From contig NW_026936910.1 in the NCBI RefSeq assembly GCF_032062105.1, positions 1 through 64,000 on the forward strand: 64,000 nt of DNA, read 5' to 3'. Below, piece by piece: positions 1 to 12,774 of the stretch. Below the pieces are notes generated by a model that saw only the letters and a program-made list of their open reading frames with translations, was not told the origin of the DNA and searched no databases. Positions within the stretch are counted from its first letter, which is position 1. Every line of letters starts with the position of its first letter. A program made the translations under genes and the position numbers. Source of the DNA: Saccostrea cucullata (Eukaryota).

Positions 1-599
1 TCTGGCATCTAAAACATATAATTAAAAAAGACGGAATGCCTTCCCAGTGTAATAATGCATAAACATTGGACTTTGTATGATTTTTAATTATTTTCTTAGT
101 TCTTTTTCCACTTTTGAGTACATCTTTGCATGTGTTTGTGTTTTATTCAGTGATAAGAATAACCTTTTTGTCCAGAAATTGGTAACCAGTAGAACTGTCA
201 GTTCCTCATTGTTTATAATTTGACTTTTGAACACTTAAAATTTTATACAATTAACAAAAGATTTGTAATTTGACATTTAGAAGATATCTCATCCTGTTTG
301 TTCTAAAAATTTCCTGGCATTTTTTTTTTAGTAATCTCTATGTATGTTTCAAGTCTTACATGTAGTTAAAGTAATCTTTGTTAAATAAATTTTGTTCTTA
401 CAACAAAGTTTGTTTTCCAATTTATTTATATATTTTTTAAAATCCTTGTGTTCAAAATGATGTTTCAATATGGTTATTTTAGAAGTCTTGGTTAGCTGTA
501 AAAAAAAATGCCACAAGACAATGATGCAATTATAGTTTAAACCAACTACCTTTGTTCATAGTAATTGCCTAAATTGTAATTGAGATCAAGGAAGGAATA

Positions 600-1000
600 T
601 TGTTTTGCTGCTGCCTGTCTGTAGGCCTGTCGATCCATTTAGTTTCCGTTCGTTTTCTTAACAACAACTGCACGTACTGTAGTGAAATTTGGTATTCAGA
701 TTCTTTAATGAGTATCTAGGTCAAGTTTTGTTTTGGGTACATTTACACCAATTTTTACAAAGTTATGCCCCTTGGAATAGAAATATTCCAATTATTTGCA
801 GTCTCAATTCATTTTCTTCACAGAGATAGCACATATTGAAATGAAATTTAATACTAGTATACAGATTTATCAGCTAAATATCTAAGTCAAGTTTTATTTT
901 GATTTGATTGCATCATTTTTGTCAGGGTTATTCCCCTTCGACTTGGAAAAAATCTAATTATTTAGTTTCTGTTGGAATGGACACAAGTTGCACAAATGTG
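600..1000 (+). repeat. Degenerate HINE/Helentron-associated repeat remnant
   Basis: CTGTCTGT-type microsatellite followed by degenerate units (GAAATTTGGTA...CAGATT...GGTCAAGTT...AGTTATGCCCCTTGGA) also seen at ~26640-26960. Confidence 0.5.
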
Positions 1001-1106
1001 TGCAGTTCTCTCCTAAAAGACTTTCAACAGCAAATGAAGAGCGAGTCGACTCTCAGGCCCTTCAGGCCTTTGATTATAGATCCCTAAGACCAGGTCGGCT
1101 TTAATA

Positions 1107-1239
1107 NNNNNNNNNNNNNNNNNNNNNNNNNNNNNNNNNNNNNNNNNNNNNNNNNNNNNNNNNNNNNNNNNNNNNNNNNNNNNNNNNNNNNNNNNNNNNN
1201 NNNNNNNNNNNNNNNNNNNNNNNNNNNNNNNNNNNNNNN
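1107..1239. other. Assembly gap (run of N)
   Basis: 133 consecutive N. Confidence 0.99.
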
Positions 1240-1939
1240 CTGATATTCACCAGAAGGAAGCACGGAGTAACATTAAAGACATACAAGGTCAGCTGTACAG
1301 ATTCACATCTTTGCGTTCATTACAAAGAAATGAATCTTCAGAACATGCTAAACCATACACATTACACAGCTTCTAAAGTAATATTTTGCTTCATAAGTAC
1401 TACAAATTCGTAATCCCAATGCACGCAAAAAATTAAGTACTACCTTTCCTATTATTGTTAAGAATATACACATATAGAATAATTCTATCAACAATATAAG
1501 ATTATCTACTTACACCGTTGCTCTACTTTTAATATCCTTTTACACTTTAGTGCTTTAGAATTACTAAAGGAAATAATCGGCGCAGCAAAGTTTCTTTTAT
1601 CTACATCCGGTCGTTACGACGGTAACAAATTTAGAATTTAATTTAATTTAACTTAATCTACCTTTCAGAAGCTAATCTTTGAATTGAATTACAAGTCAGA
1701 GCTCTTTGCTCCATTCATTTTATTTCACAGAAGTGGGTTTCCGAGTCACTGATTTATTTTGTTGAATTGTTTCATTACTGTAACTAGACATTGCCAGTTA
1801 CATTATATCATCCCTAGCCCTAATTCCAGTAGCTCTAGCGTGTTGTTCCAAGGTATGGTTCATCTCTTCCATCTTTATTTTTTTATGTTTAATAATTTTA
1901 CTCTATTTTTGCTGAAACCAACAAAATGACTGTGACTTT

Positions 1940-2870
1940 AAAGTTTAACCAACTTCTGAAAAACAATGACCTTGTCAAGATGGCTAAAAGAGGAGATGTA
2001 GAATTTCTTTCATGGTTCACTTGTGTATTATTTCGCCAAGACCTTCCTTTGGGTATCAACATTTGTGACGATTTGTCTTCTACCTTGAAAATTGAGCTAC
2101 TTTCGTAGAAATTTAACCTTGCTTAAGACTTTTGAACATTGAGCGTTTGGTGCTTGTACTTTTACACAAATGTATCCCATGACATGAACATCCCTTGCCT
2201 ATTAAAAGTTTTACCTTTAAACCTTGGCATTGATAAAAAATTACATTTGAAAAAACCTTGAACTTTTACCAGAATTTTAAAAGCTTGTACTAGGGCTTTC
2301 GTATTGCACATGTGTAGTTCTTTTGACAAGACTTCCCCCTTGAATCAATATTTTGCACCTCCCGACCTTTAGCCAGAAAACTATATCTTAAGCCATATGT
2401 TTAGTATAGGTTATGCTGGTGCTTTCAAATTTAACTGTTGCCCACGTGGCGCAGTGGTTAGAGTGTCTGCTCTAGAGTTGCTTAGTAAGGTGTCAATTCT
2501 TACGTCGTGGATTCAAATCCCACTGTTGGACGTGGAGATCGGTCCTTCGGATGAGACCGAGGTCACGTGTCGCTGTAGGTGCTGGCACGAAAAAGATCCC
2601 TTGCTCCCTGCACAATGTCCATGAGTGCCGAGTATAGGACAAAATTTGCAGCTCTCCACCGGCAAATATAGTGGCGTCTCCAAATGAGTGAAAAATTCTC
2701 GAGAGGGAGGTTAAACAATCAATTAATCAATCAAATTTAACTTGTATATTCTTTGTGAGAATACCATCATTTGGGAACAAACAAATTTTTCCTCATGACC
2801 TTGAATTTTATTTTTTACCTTGGTCATAAGTTAAGACGTTAGAAAACAATCATTTCTTTGAAAATCTTGT
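1940..2870 (+). repeat. Degenerate HINE-type tandem repeat remnant, interrupted by a SINE
   Basis: Repeated GACAAGACCTTTC...TGACCTTG...TTTAACCTTG units similar to the intact element at 43010-43952. Confidence 0.5.
2440..2735 (+). mobile_element. tRNA-derived Meta-domain SINE (MetaSINE / BivaMeta-like)
   Basis: tRNA-like head with A box (GTGGCGCAGTGGTTAGAG) and B box (GGATTCAAATCCC), Meta core GGTCCTTCGGATGAGAC..CCGAGGTC.CGTGTC...GGCACG.AAAAGATCCC, and (CAAT)n tail. Confidence 0.8.
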
Positions 2871-2884
2871 TCTATGCACCTGGT

Positions 2885-3405
2885 ATGATGGATAGGACGA
2901 TATGGAGATAACGAACAGTATTCAATATTAAAGTCCACAAAACAATACAAAATAGGACAAGAGTAAACACAGTTAACCAAAACATCAGAGGTGGGATCAG
3001 GTGCTATGGAGGAGTGAGCATCACCTGCTGACTGGTCACACCCACCGTGTGCTCCTTGTCATGTCTGGGAAATAACGGAAGAATTCATCGTCAATTCAAT
3101 ATCGATTAACAATAAGTATGAAAAACGTCAGTCAGCAAATGACTTTATGATATATTTTACATTTATTTTGCTGACAAGGTCATTGTATCGACCATTGAAC
3201 TTACTAAATGATGACTTTAAACGAGACGGCTGATATTCTTATTTCATCAAATTGCTTGTCAATAATTTACCTCGTTTTAGAAATTGTTCATACTGTACGT
3301 ACAGCATGCTCTTGCGTATCGAATCAACTGAGATATATACACTCCATATGCAGGTGAATAAGGTATATTGCTGCATAAGTAAGGGAAGTTGACGATTGAA
3401 AATTA
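2885..3405 (-). mobile_element. 3' fragment of a Penelope-like retroelement (RT C-terminal region plus 3' UTR), degenerate
   Basis: Reverse strand reads IVNFPYLCSNIPYSPAYGVYISQLIRYARAC...; closely matches the plus-strand copy at 47952-48390. Confidence 0.65.
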
Positions 3406-3630
3406 ATTGCAAAATAACTGATTATTATAAACACAAGGGCCTCTTCTAAAATTTCTTTGTCCCTGTATTAAAAGTGCATGGATGGGGAGGGATTTCGAGG
3501 ATCCATAAAGTATAAACTTAACTTTTTTTTTAAATCTCAATCAGTGAAGGTTTACATGTAAAAAAAAATCAGAAATGTGTAATATAAACTTTAGCATGAA
3601 ATACCAAGCCAGGTGAATTTTATAAACATA

Positions 3631-5035
3631 CGAGGGTCATTCAAAAAATACGTTGACAATGTTCCTTATCATCACATTATTTTTTACAAATCTTAATATC
3701 GGACTTTTAAGAGGAGTGCTGACTTTTACAGTTGACGCTTACTTTTACACTAGAAAAATATACGGAAGCTCTCTTACGATATAAATATTTAGCTTAACTT
3801 TTAATTTAGCGAAAATAACGGGTAATTTCAGTGCACATATATGTTGTCCTTGAAGAAAACAAAACCAACTACCGTGAATTCCCGGCCTTCACATGCAAAT
3901 ACCCCTTACACCATACATCTGACCACTAGAAAGGTTTTCTTATGTGTTATCAATTCTGTACCTCCGTACATGATAAAAGTTTAAATGTCCAAGTAAACCG
4001 TCAACTGTAAAAGTCAGTGCTTCTCGTAAAAGTCCAATAGTATATTTTTAAATGTAAAAAGATATATTTCATAGATTTCTGAAGTTTCATTCTATTTGAT
4101 TAAACGGAACTCATACTAGACAATTTTAAATGCAACATGTTTTGTCGCCACGGAGCACGATCAAAAACAATGTAACGTCAAAAACAACGTTAAAGAACAT
4201 TTCTCAAACTCACAGGGCCCTTTTCATTTTATACATGGTTTGTATCGTATTTCTCATTCATTAAAACGTTTCCACAACACTTGACACCTAGTATGCTATC
4301 AATAATTTGAGTATAATTTAAATAAGATTGTCAATGTTTTCAAATCCTTTACCATGTAACTCTGCTCTTATAGGTTCCGCAACAGTGAAGTGCACATCAC
4401 GTTACTAACTCTTTTGAAAAGATTTTGAACTATAATCTGTTTCTTGCAGAACGCCCATCACCCAATTTAAAGTCTTTACCCCTCAAAAATTGTCTGTTCT
4501 ATTATAAACAAATACACGGCTCATTTTATGTATTTTTCCTGGTCTCTCCAGCATTTTCGGAGTTTTTTTTTAAGTTTCCAAATGCAAAACAAAATTATAT
4601 TGCTACTCGCTGCTCCGTGACGTCCTTCAACGTCATGATTTTTTGCTTATTTAAATTAAGACTATCTGTCTATATAAATGGATATCTTTTAAACAAAGCA
4701 ATGTATTACATTAACTTTTTGCTTTTGAAGAAATGAAACAATAGTAAATTTAAGTATGTGAATTTTATTTCATTTAAGGACAATTTTAAAGAGGTATGGC
4801 TATAGATATGAAAAGCGAATAATCAGTCAATAACTCAATATTGACCCTGCTCCGTGACCCCATTTTTACTGTCTTAAATCTTTGATAATTTTGACAAACA
4901 CCAAGATATATTCAAATTTCTTTGCTCAAAATATTTGAATCTGTTGTTAAAATATATGTACCAATTTTGGTTTAAATATGACGTTAAATAAAAAAAGTTA
5001 TGACAAAAGTCTACGAACTTTTTGAATTACCCTCG
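3631..5035. mobile_element. Non-autonomous Tc1/mariner-type element (MITE), TA TSD
   Basis: Left end TA|CGAGGGTCATTCAAAAAATACGTTGAC; right end GTCTACGAACTTTTTGAATTACCCTCG|TA; no transposase ORF. Confidence 0.85.
3696..4040. mobile_element. Small MITE nested inside the mariner-like element
   Basis: Inverted repeats GGACTTTTAAGAGGAGTGCTGACTTTTACAGTTGACG (3701-) and CGTCAACTGTAAAAGTCAGTGCTTCTCGTAAAAGTCC (-4035), with TA at both flanks. Confidence 0.65.
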
Positions 5036-5053
5036 TACTAAGCAAGATTTTTA

Positions 5054-6411
5054 TTAATCTTCATATAACAGAAATCCTGAGAAGCTGCTTTCCCATCCAA
5101 AGCTGTTCGTCCCATGCTGCGTTCCAAGTCGAACCCAGACGGAGTCCCCAGCATTAACATGGACGATGGTCATTCCTCCTCCATTATAATACCCTCCTGG
5201 AGTGTGGCTTTGTACATAGTGTCCACCTTTTCTTACTCCTTCTACGACTAGCTCAGTGTGGACATCTCCATTTAAACTTACCACTAGCTGTACGTAAAAT
5301 ACGTATACTCCAGAAACGCGAGGAGTGAAGATTTCTGTAGTGTGATGGTATTGGTTTCCTTGGTTTAAAATGACACGTCCAAAGATCAGAGTATGGTGTA
5401 GGGATAGGTTTTTATAATCTGACGGTGCATCGGCACTGAAAGCTATTCTGGGTAAAATATCTGTAAAAGAAATTTGTATTTGTTATACATTGGAAATTGA
5501 TCTTAAAAACGAAAGAGGTTCTCAATAATATATTTCCATTCTGAAAAATATCTTTGCATTTTTTCATGCGATTTATTTTACTCCTTTACAATTTGTACCT
5601 AAGTTTACTCAGTGTTATTGCTTGATCAAAATTTATTTATTTTTTAATGTCACTATTTCCTTCTTTTTTGTAATCTTCTTTACATATTTGTTCTTTGCAC
5701 TTTATTTGTTTTCTTTTCTGTTTAGCTGTTTGTTTGCACTTTTTCATGTTCTTGTCATTATATTGTATAGCGAGTATACCATATATACGTACTTAGTAAT
5801 AACGCTTCTGTATAATGTAATTGGATTCATTTTCTTTATTTTCTCTTTTCCCACCTTAGATAACATAAGAAATTAATGTAACTTATAAGGATTTTTTTTT
5901 TCGTAATTGTAAATCATTGTCAATTCTTAACATTTGTAACCTTGATATTGGCGAGGACTTATACATGTATAGGCAATGTGATGTCCAATCCAATTATGTA
6001 ATCTTACTTACATAATTAAATATTGATTAAATTAAATTAATTTGTACCTAAGATATAAAATGTTAAAATACCCGGTATACATTGAAGGTCTTGTAAATAA
6101 AGAATATTATACAATTATTGCTGTTTTTTAAAGTCAAAACAATGATTTAGCCATCTGAGGAGAATATTGAATATTGTACTACAAAGTTTGCTAAATCATT
6201 GTATTGACCGAAAAAAACAGCAATAATTGTTTTATTATATGATTCACCGATAAAATGATAAAGCTTCTTACTTGTTTGTATTTTATTAAGTCCTAGCCAA
6301 ATACAAGAAAGAAGCAGAATTAAAATGTGAATAAACCTTACCAGTCGTATCAATTAAAATTTGTTTTTTAAATCTATTTTAGTTGCCCTGAAAGAAATAT
6401 ATAAAGTCAGT

Positions 6412-6459
<48 letters not shown>

Positions 6460-6526
6460 ATTTTGTCCGGCGTCCGTCTGTCTGTCCGTCTGTCTGTAAA
6501 CTTTTCACATTTTCGACTTCTTCTCA

Positions 6527-6557
<31 letters not shown>

Positions 6558-6577
6558 CCACAAAGTATCCTTGGGTT

Positions 6578-6616
<39 letters not shown>

Positions 6617-8926
6617 AATTCAAGGGGAGATAATTGGGAATTAATGAAATTTGGTAGCATATTTTAAAAATCTTCTTCCCAAGAACCATTGTGCCAGGAA
6701 AGATGAAACTTATGGGAAAACATCCTCAGGTAGTGTAAATTCAAGTTTGTTCAAATCATGAGCCCCGGGGGTAGGGCGGGGCAAAAATGGCCGACCAAAG
6801 TTTTACATAGAAATATATAGGAAAATTCTTTAAAAATCTTCTTCCCAAGAATGACAAAGCTATAATTCATCATGTTTATATGGAAGCATGCTCAGGTAGT
6901 GTATATTCAAGTTTGTTCAAATCATGACCCCCGGGGGTAGGGCGGGGCCAAAATGGCTGACCAAAGTTTAACATAGAAATATATAGGAAAATTCTTTAAA
7001 AATCTTCCTCTCCAGAATGACAAATCCATAATTATTCATATTTATATGGAAGCATGCTCAGGTAGTGTAGATTCAAGTTTGTTCAAATCATGACCCCCGG
7101 GGGTAGGGCGGGGCCAAAATGGCCGACCAAAGTTTTACATAGAAATATATATGAAAATTCTTTAAAAATCTTCTTCTCAAGAATGACAAATCCAAAATTC
7201 ATCATATATATATGGAAGCATGCTCAAGTAGTGTAGATTCAAGTTTCTTCAAATCATGACCCCCCAGGGTAGGGTGGGGCCAAAATGGCCGACCAAAGTT
7301 TTACATAGAAATATATAGGAAAAATCTTTAAAAATCTTCTTCTCAAGAATGACAAAGCCATAATTCATCATATTTATGTGAAAGCATGCTAAGGTAGGGT
7401 AGATTCAAATTTGTTCAAATCATGACCCCCGGGGGTAGGGCGGGGCCAAAATGACCGACCAAAGTTTTACAAAGAAATATATAGGAAAAATCTTTAAAAA
7501 TCTTCTTCTCCAGAATGACAAAGCCATCATTCATCATATTTATATGGAAGCATGTTCAGGTAGAGTAGATTCAAGTTTGTTCAAATCATGACCCCCGGGG
7601 GTAGGGCGTGGTCAAAATGGCCGACCAAAGTTTTACATAGAAATATATAGGAAAATTCTTTAAAAATCTTCTTCTCAAGAATAACAAACCATAATTATTC
7701 ATATTTATAAGGAAGCATGCTCAGGTAGTGTAGTTTCAAGTTTGTTCAAATTCTGACCCCCGGGGTAGGACGGGGCCAAAATGGCCGCCCAAAGTCTTAC
7801 ATAGAAATATATAGGAAAATTCTTTAAAAATCTTCTTCTCAAGAATGATAAAGCCATAATTCATCATGTTTATATGGAAGCATGCTCAGGTAGTAAAGAT
7901 TCAAGTTTGTTCAAATCATGACCCCCGGGGGTAGGGCGGGGCCAAAATGGCCGACCAAAGTTTTACAAAGAAATATATAGGAAAATTCTTTAAAATATCT
8001 TCTTCTCCAGAATGACAAAGCCATAATTATTCCTATTTATATGGAAGCATGCTCAGGTAGAGTAGATTCAAGTTTGTTCAAATCATGACCCCGGGGGTAG
8101 GGCGTGGTCAAAATGGCCGACCAAAGTTTTACATAGAAATATATAGGAAAATTCTTTAATAATCTTCTTCTCAAGAATAACAAAGCCATAATTATTCATG
8201 TTTATAAGGAAGCATGCTCAGGTAGTGTAGTTTCAAGTTTGTTCAAATTCTGAGCCCCGGGGTAGGACGGGGCCAAAATGGCCGACCAAAGTTTTACATA
8301 GAAATATATAGGAAAATTCTTTAAAATATCTTCTTCTCAAGAATGATAAAGCCATAATTCATCATATTTATGTGAAAGCATGCTAAGGTAGTGTAGATTC
8401 AAATTTGTTCAAATCATGACCCCCGGGGGTAGGGCGGGGCCAAAATGGCCGACCAAAGTTTTACAAAGAAATATATAGGAAAATTCTTTAAAAATCTTCT
8501 TCTCAAGAATGACAAAGCCATAATTATTCATATTTATATGGAAGCATGCTCAGGTAGTGTAGTTTCAAGTTTGTTCAAATCCTGACCCCCGGGGTAGGAC
8601 GGGGCCAAAATGGCCGACCAAAGTTTTACATAGAAATATATAGGAAAATTCTTTAAAAATCTTCTTCTCAAGAATGATAAAGCCATAATTCATCATACTT
8701 ATATGGAAGCATGCTCAAGTAGTGTAGATTCAAATTTGTTCAAATCATGACCCCCAGGGGTAGGACGGGGCCAAAATGGCCGACCAAAGTTTTTAAAGAT
8801 ATATATAGGAAAATTCTTTAAAAATCATTTTCTAAAAAATAGCAAATCCATGATTGGTCATGGGACTACTTTTGGATTTAAATTTTACAATAAATAGCCA
8901 TTTTCTACTTTTTCCTACCCATAGTG

Positions 8927-8965
<39 letters not shown>

Positions 8966-9852
8966 GGATAGATTTTTTAAAGGAAGGAGTATTATCAGGG
9001 AAAACTGACTGCCAAAGAGTAAAAAAAATGTTGTTCATTAAAAGTGTTGGAGAGGGGTCCCTGCATCCCCTCTTAACACCCTCACCCTAAAATATATATT
9101 CGCTTGTTTTGTTCACATGAAAAAAAAATTCATACTTTTTAGTCGTTCAAATAGCTTTCCAAAACAATTTGTATCAATTTGGAATTTCCCAATCTAATTT
9201 AATATCAATGTAGAGGAAATAAACCCTTGTATTGACCTGGATCGTCACGTGCAGGTCAATACATCGTAGTATTTTTCTAACATAGTTGGATCTTAGCCAA
9301 TCAGAGAGATGGAAATTCAATCATATAATAAAAAATGATATTACGCATTCCGCGTGACTGTGGAATTACGTATTCACCAGGTTTTCGCATGAAAGAACTC
9401 AAGTTGTTATTACACAACTAGACTCATTTAATAAAATACTAAAATTTTCAATGATATAAATTAAAATTACTAGGTGGCGATGACGGACTTGGTGTTGGAT
9501 GTAGCAGTAATCGTCTCATCACAGCTTTGTAGTCTTTCAGAAAGTCTCTGTTGTAACCTTCGTCTGTCCTCAGGACTTTTCTCTGAGTCTGGACATTTTC
9601 TTTTGACTCCGTTTCAGTAAAATCGGTTTGAGGGCATTCACACTTTTCAGGTTTTTTCTTTAAATCGTCTTCGAGTTGCTTTATTTTCTCTTCCTGGTGT
9701 GACATTTCTTTTCGCATTTCCATTAGCTCCATTCGCAACGCCCGGATTTCATCAGACCAAGGTTCGCTCGATGTTCTTGCTGAGCCTTCTGGGTCCTCTG
9801 ATTTGATGCAGGAAATAAGAAAGAGCAGATTCAAGACCAAAAACACTCTCAT
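5054..9852 (-). CDS. C1q domain-containing (C1qDC) secreted protein A: signal peptide, coiled coil, globular C1q
   Basis: Exon 1 9852-9471 (MRVFLVLNLLFLISCIKS, coiled coil IRALRMELMEMRKEM..., donor GTAATT). Exon 2 5460-5054 (acceptor TTTTACAG; ILPRIAFSA...LIFGRVILNQGNQY...IFTPRVSGVYVFYV...GDSVWVRL...SSFSGFLLYED*). Phase-1 intron joins in frame. Confidence 0.93.
6413..8961 (+). mobile_element. HINE (non-autonomous Helentron-associated, DINE-1-like) element with central satellite array, in the intron of C1qDC A
   Basis: 5' TTTTTAGCTCACCTGAGCTGAAAGCTCAAGTGAGCTT (subTIR plus inverted repeat), (GTCT/GTCC)n microsatellite, 3' GCTCAGGTGAGCGATGTGGCCCATGGGCCTCTTGTT (subTIR plus palindrome). Confidence 0.9.
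6700..8840 (+). repeat. Tandem satellite array of ~13 copies of a ~166-bp monomer (Cg170/BIV160-like)
   Basis: AAAT(C/T)(A/C/T)TGA(C/G)CCCC recurs at about 6754, 6919, 7085, 7251, 7417, 7583, 7748, 7913, 8080, 8245, 8411, 8577 and 8742. Confidence 0.95.
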
Positions 9853-10544
9853 ATCTGGTTTGATTGAAATAATAGTTTGTAAAATCTCATGCACAGAATG
9901 TACAGAGACGTATATTGATAAGGAGTGATAAGACGTATTGCGACCTGTATTTGTTGACTTGCACTTATGTTGTCAATGTATATATACAAATAATCATTTT
10001 GTCATCTTAAAACGTTTTCCGTTCAACTCGCATTACTATATTGTATGCATATCAAGGTATTTTTAAACCATTTAGTATGAATTTGTATATATGTACAGTA
10101 ACTTACAATTAAAGATATGAGTGATCAGGTTTAAATCATTGGGAGATATCTACAATGACTTGTTTATTTATTGCCAAATCTGATCGAATTATAAGAGATA
10201 TTTCATGAGGAGATACAATGTTCTAAAAGCGGCATGTGACCTACTTGATAAATGAAATAAATCGATTTATTAGATAAACCGTTTTCTTCTATAATCTTTT
10301 TCAAAGGGACAATAAGGCACAGATTACAAGTTCATATTTTTACAAATTTTCTTTATACTAAATGCCTTACATTATTAATTTGTTGCTAAAACATTTCACC
10401 GGGGAATATTACTGAAAAAATTTATTTTATCTGGAAATCATTGAAACTATACAAATCTCAGCACGCATTTGATTGACACATTCGTGCACTTTTAACAAGT
10501 AAAATAAGATGATCATCAATATTCAAAGCATGGATCGATTAGTT

Positions 10545-11927
10545 TTACTGATCTTCATACAGTAAAAATCCAGAAAAGCTGCTCTCCCAACCAAAAGCGT
10601 TAACTCCATCTGATACTGAGAGTCGAACCCAGACGGAGTCCCCAGCATTTACATGGACGATGGTCATTCCGCCTCCATTTGCGCAAACTTCTTTGCTATA
10701 TACGAAGTGCCCAGCCCGTCCGACACCCTCCACCACTAGTTCAGTGTTGACACTATGCCCAGTAGCACACATAACTAGTTGCAAGTAGAACACATAGACA
10801 CCAGAAACATCAGGAGTAAATAGAAATACCCCTGTGGCGTGATGGTATTTATTTCCAATGTTGGTGATGGCGTTGTCAAAGATCAGGTTCTGATGAGCAG
10901 CAAGGTTGGAGTGGTCCTTTGGAGCATTGGCGTGGAAAGCTATTCTCGGTGTCATTGATGTGAAATTGAAACATGAGAGTGTTCATTAAACAATATTATA
11001 TATATTTACGGCTGGCCATAATCATAATATTCAAACTAACTAGACGAGAAGTCTATACGTATGAGATGAGAGAAAAATGTATTAAATACCAAGATAGAAT
11101 ATGTTTAAAAACTTTACTAAGTAAAAGTTCTCGACTGGAAAAATGACATTTGATAATTTGAGATGAATTTGTATGCAAGTCTACTTCAAACACCAGATAC
11201 AGTATGCTAAATTTCGCTACATACAGCCAACTGTGAAATTGAGTAGGAAAACATGAACTAGGCAAGTCTTCTGCCGGATATTTTACCACATATTTTGACG
11301 GGAAATGATATTTTACAGACTGTGAATGGTATGCCCGGAAGCTATATCCTGTAATCTTTGCATTTTTTCATCATTCTGCGACAGAAGTTCCCTAATGAAG
11401 ATAGTGTTCATCATACAGCCATTAATGTATTATTTATTTGAATCCAGACTACATTAAAAAGCAATTGTGGGCTCATAATTTGTCGCTTGCTAATTTTTAA
11501 AGAAAGAACAGGACAGTAAGAATTACTGTCTGTATAGCTACACTGTACCTGTTTGTTGTACACGGCCTGGTGTTGGGTGTGCCAGTTCTTCTCTTCTTAT
11601 TCTTCTGTCTTGTTTCAATGGGGAACTAATGGAACCTTCTACTGCATGGGGAGTTTCATTCTGAGTTTGGACATTCTCTACAGTCTCATCAGCAGTATGA
11701 TCGGTTTGAATTTGCTCACATTTGTCCGGTTTTTGCGCCACTTCTTCTTTGAGTTCTTTAATTTCCTCTTTCTGGTGAAGGACCTCTTCTCTCAATTCCG
11801 CTAACTCGATTCTCAGTGCCCGGATGTCTTCTGAACATGCTTCATTTGATATACCATGGTTTCTCAGGTCCTCCGATGTAATGCAGCCAATGAAAGCGAG
11901 AATAATCACGATTTTTGTGATCGCCAT
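10545..11927 (-). CDS. C1qDC secreted protein B; non-canonical or mutated splice acceptor, possible pseudogene or defective allele
   Basis: Exon 1 11927-11549 (MAITKIVIILAFIGCITS, coiled coil, RRIRR, donor G|GTACAG). Exon 2 10957-10545 is an open C1q domain (MTPRIAFHA...SSFSGFLLYEDQ*). The position homologous to paralog A's acceptor reads TTTCACAT, not ...CAG. Confidence 0.85.
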
Positions 11928-12139
11928 AACTGGTTTGATTTAAAGAACAATTAGGAAATCCTTATTCACAGTGTAATCCCAGAACTTTCTTCATAAGAAA
12001 AGATAAGGATACTTGTGATCTGTATTTATTTCACTGAGCACTGCTATATTAGTCTTATTTTTTCCCAACTTTTTCGATGTAGTCACATTTGTTTTCTCAA
12101 CGAGAGTGTACAGAATCCTGACAAAGAAAACTAATTTTA

Positions 12140-12345
12140 TTTGTTTGTATGTTGTTTAACGTCTCTCTCGAGAATTTTTCACTTATACATGTATTGAGAG
12201 TCAACCACTTGACGATGGAGAGCTACAAATGTTGTCCTATACTCGGCACTTAAGGCTATTGAACAGTGAGAAATCTTTTTCGTGTCAGTACCTACTACGA
12301 CACGGGACCTCGGTTTATAGAGTCTCATCCGCAGGACAGGTGTTT
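12140..12345 (-). mobile_element. 5'-truncated MetaSINE copy
   Basis: Reverse complement matches the core and tail of the SINE at 2440-2735 (GTCCTGCGGATGAGAC...CCGAGGTCCCGTGTCG...GTGCCGAGTATAGGAC...GAAAAATTCTCGAGAGAGACGTTAAACAAC). Confidence 0.8.
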
Positions 12346-12774
12346 ACGTCCTACATACTTGCGACCGAGTTGAAATCTCTCACCCCATTCATTAAACGGA
12401 AGTCTCTGGTGGTGAAAAATATACCCAGATGATTTCAAAGTTGGTTTCTTTTCAGTGTATTTTTCTTCTTCTTTAATGAACGATTTATTAATTCAAAATA
12501 GGTATATCCATGATCGAACTTGAAAATTCATTTTAGGAGTGCATGGTGCAGCAAATTAGTACTAGGTTACCACTAGTTTTATATTGATAAACACTCTCTT
12601 ATCGTTTAAATTAGTACTTAGTAAACAGACTGAGTTCATTTATTAGAACAGTGTAACTTTTTTTTGACTGTACATCAACTTTAACACACAACTTGTATTT
12701 CACCACCAAGTTAGTTACAGCATTCAGAAATAACTTTCAATAAAAATTGATTTTTAAATCTATTATTCTTTTTA

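Noticed and set aside
2440-2530. tRNA gene
   Set aside because: A and B boxes are present but there is no proper cloverleaf, and it runs into a SINE body; it is a tRNA-derived SINE head.
2540-2600. CGGATGAG...CGAAA in the SINE as a hammerhead ribozyme
   Set aside because: The core is CGGATGA rather than CTGATGA, the helices do not fit, and the sequence corresponds to the known Meta SINE domain.
5622-5876. Hydrophobic ORFs as small membrane proteins (also 34773-35036 and 55277-55507)
   Set aside because: Products of T-rich intronic or UTR sequence, with non-ATG starts and no splice or motif support.
6700-8840. CRISPR-like array
   Set aside because: Contiguous ~166-bp monomers with no unique spacers, in a eukaryotic intron.
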